The translations under genes and the position numbers were made by a program. Under the pieces are notes generated by a model that was not told where the DNA came from, made no database searches, and worked only from the letters and a program-made list of their open reading frames with translations. From contig NIVC01001104.1 of the NCBI GenBank assembly GCA_002269645.1, positions 62,001 to 126,000 on the forward strand: a DNA stretch of 64,000 bases. Reading direction: 5' to 3'. The stretch comes from Macrostomum lignano. Taxonomy: Eukaryota. Below, piece by piece: positions 63,700 to 64,000 of the stretch (position 1 is its first letter; each line of letters starts with the position of its first letter).

Positions 63700-64000
63700 A
63701 CTTAGAAACTGGGAGTCTGGGAGGCCGGCCCAGCACTGGGGATCTGGGAGGCTGACCCAGCAACTGAGGATCTGAGAGGCTGGCCCAGCAACTGAGGATC
63801 TGAGAGGCTGGCCCAGCAACTGAGGATCTGAGAGGCTGGCCCAGCAACTGAGGATCTGAGAGGCTGGCCCAGCAACTGAGGATCTGAGAGGCTGGCCCAG
63901 CAACTGAGGATCTGAGAGGCTGGCCCAGCAACTGAGGATCTGAGAGGCTGGCCCAGCAACTGAGGATCTGAGAGGCTGGCCCAGCAGCTGAGGATCTGGG
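63700..64000. repeat. 28-nt family locus 5, GSK3 intron 2
   Basis: GAGGATCTGAGAGGCTGGCCCAGCAACT units running off the window end. Confidence 0.95.

Overview
Eukaryotic (animal) genomic DNA with GC-rich exons, introns filled with micro/minisatellites, and nested transposons. The style strongly suggests a free-living flatworm such as Macrostomum lignano (inference, not verified). Exons were spliced by hand using GT-AG sites and reading-frame continuity. Genes in order: a complete 10-exon FSTL4/FSTL5-like secreted protein (+), an M13 neprilysin/ECE-like peptidase (-), an 8-exon secreted glycoprotein made of four tandem C2-like repeats (-), a 5'-truncated L1/neuroglian-like Ig gene (-) fused in frame to a Gypsy RT-RNaseH, BPNT1 (-), ORC5 (+, no ATG of its own), GPS2 (-), a METTL24-like methyltransferase (+), an orphan CFAP157-like 3' exon (-) and the first two exons of a divergent GSK3-like kinase (+). 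Positions 25.4-35.1 kb hold a tandem pair of defective Mag-type Gypsy elements sharing one LTR. They are interrupted by a CMC/EnSpm-like DNA transposon that itself carries the 3' end of a second Gypsy. Also present are hAT-type MITEs, a tRNA-derived SINE family, a solo LTR, a foldback element and a 28-nt minisatellite family at five loci. Most long ORFs in the supplied track are translations of tandem repeats. Top leads: the LTR-RT/RNaseH-Ig chimera, the secreted tetra-C2 protein, the ATG-less ORC5 (possible spliced-leader AUG start) with a frame-preserving repeat intron, the dispersed 28-nt minisatellite, and sharply bounded CpG-free domains.
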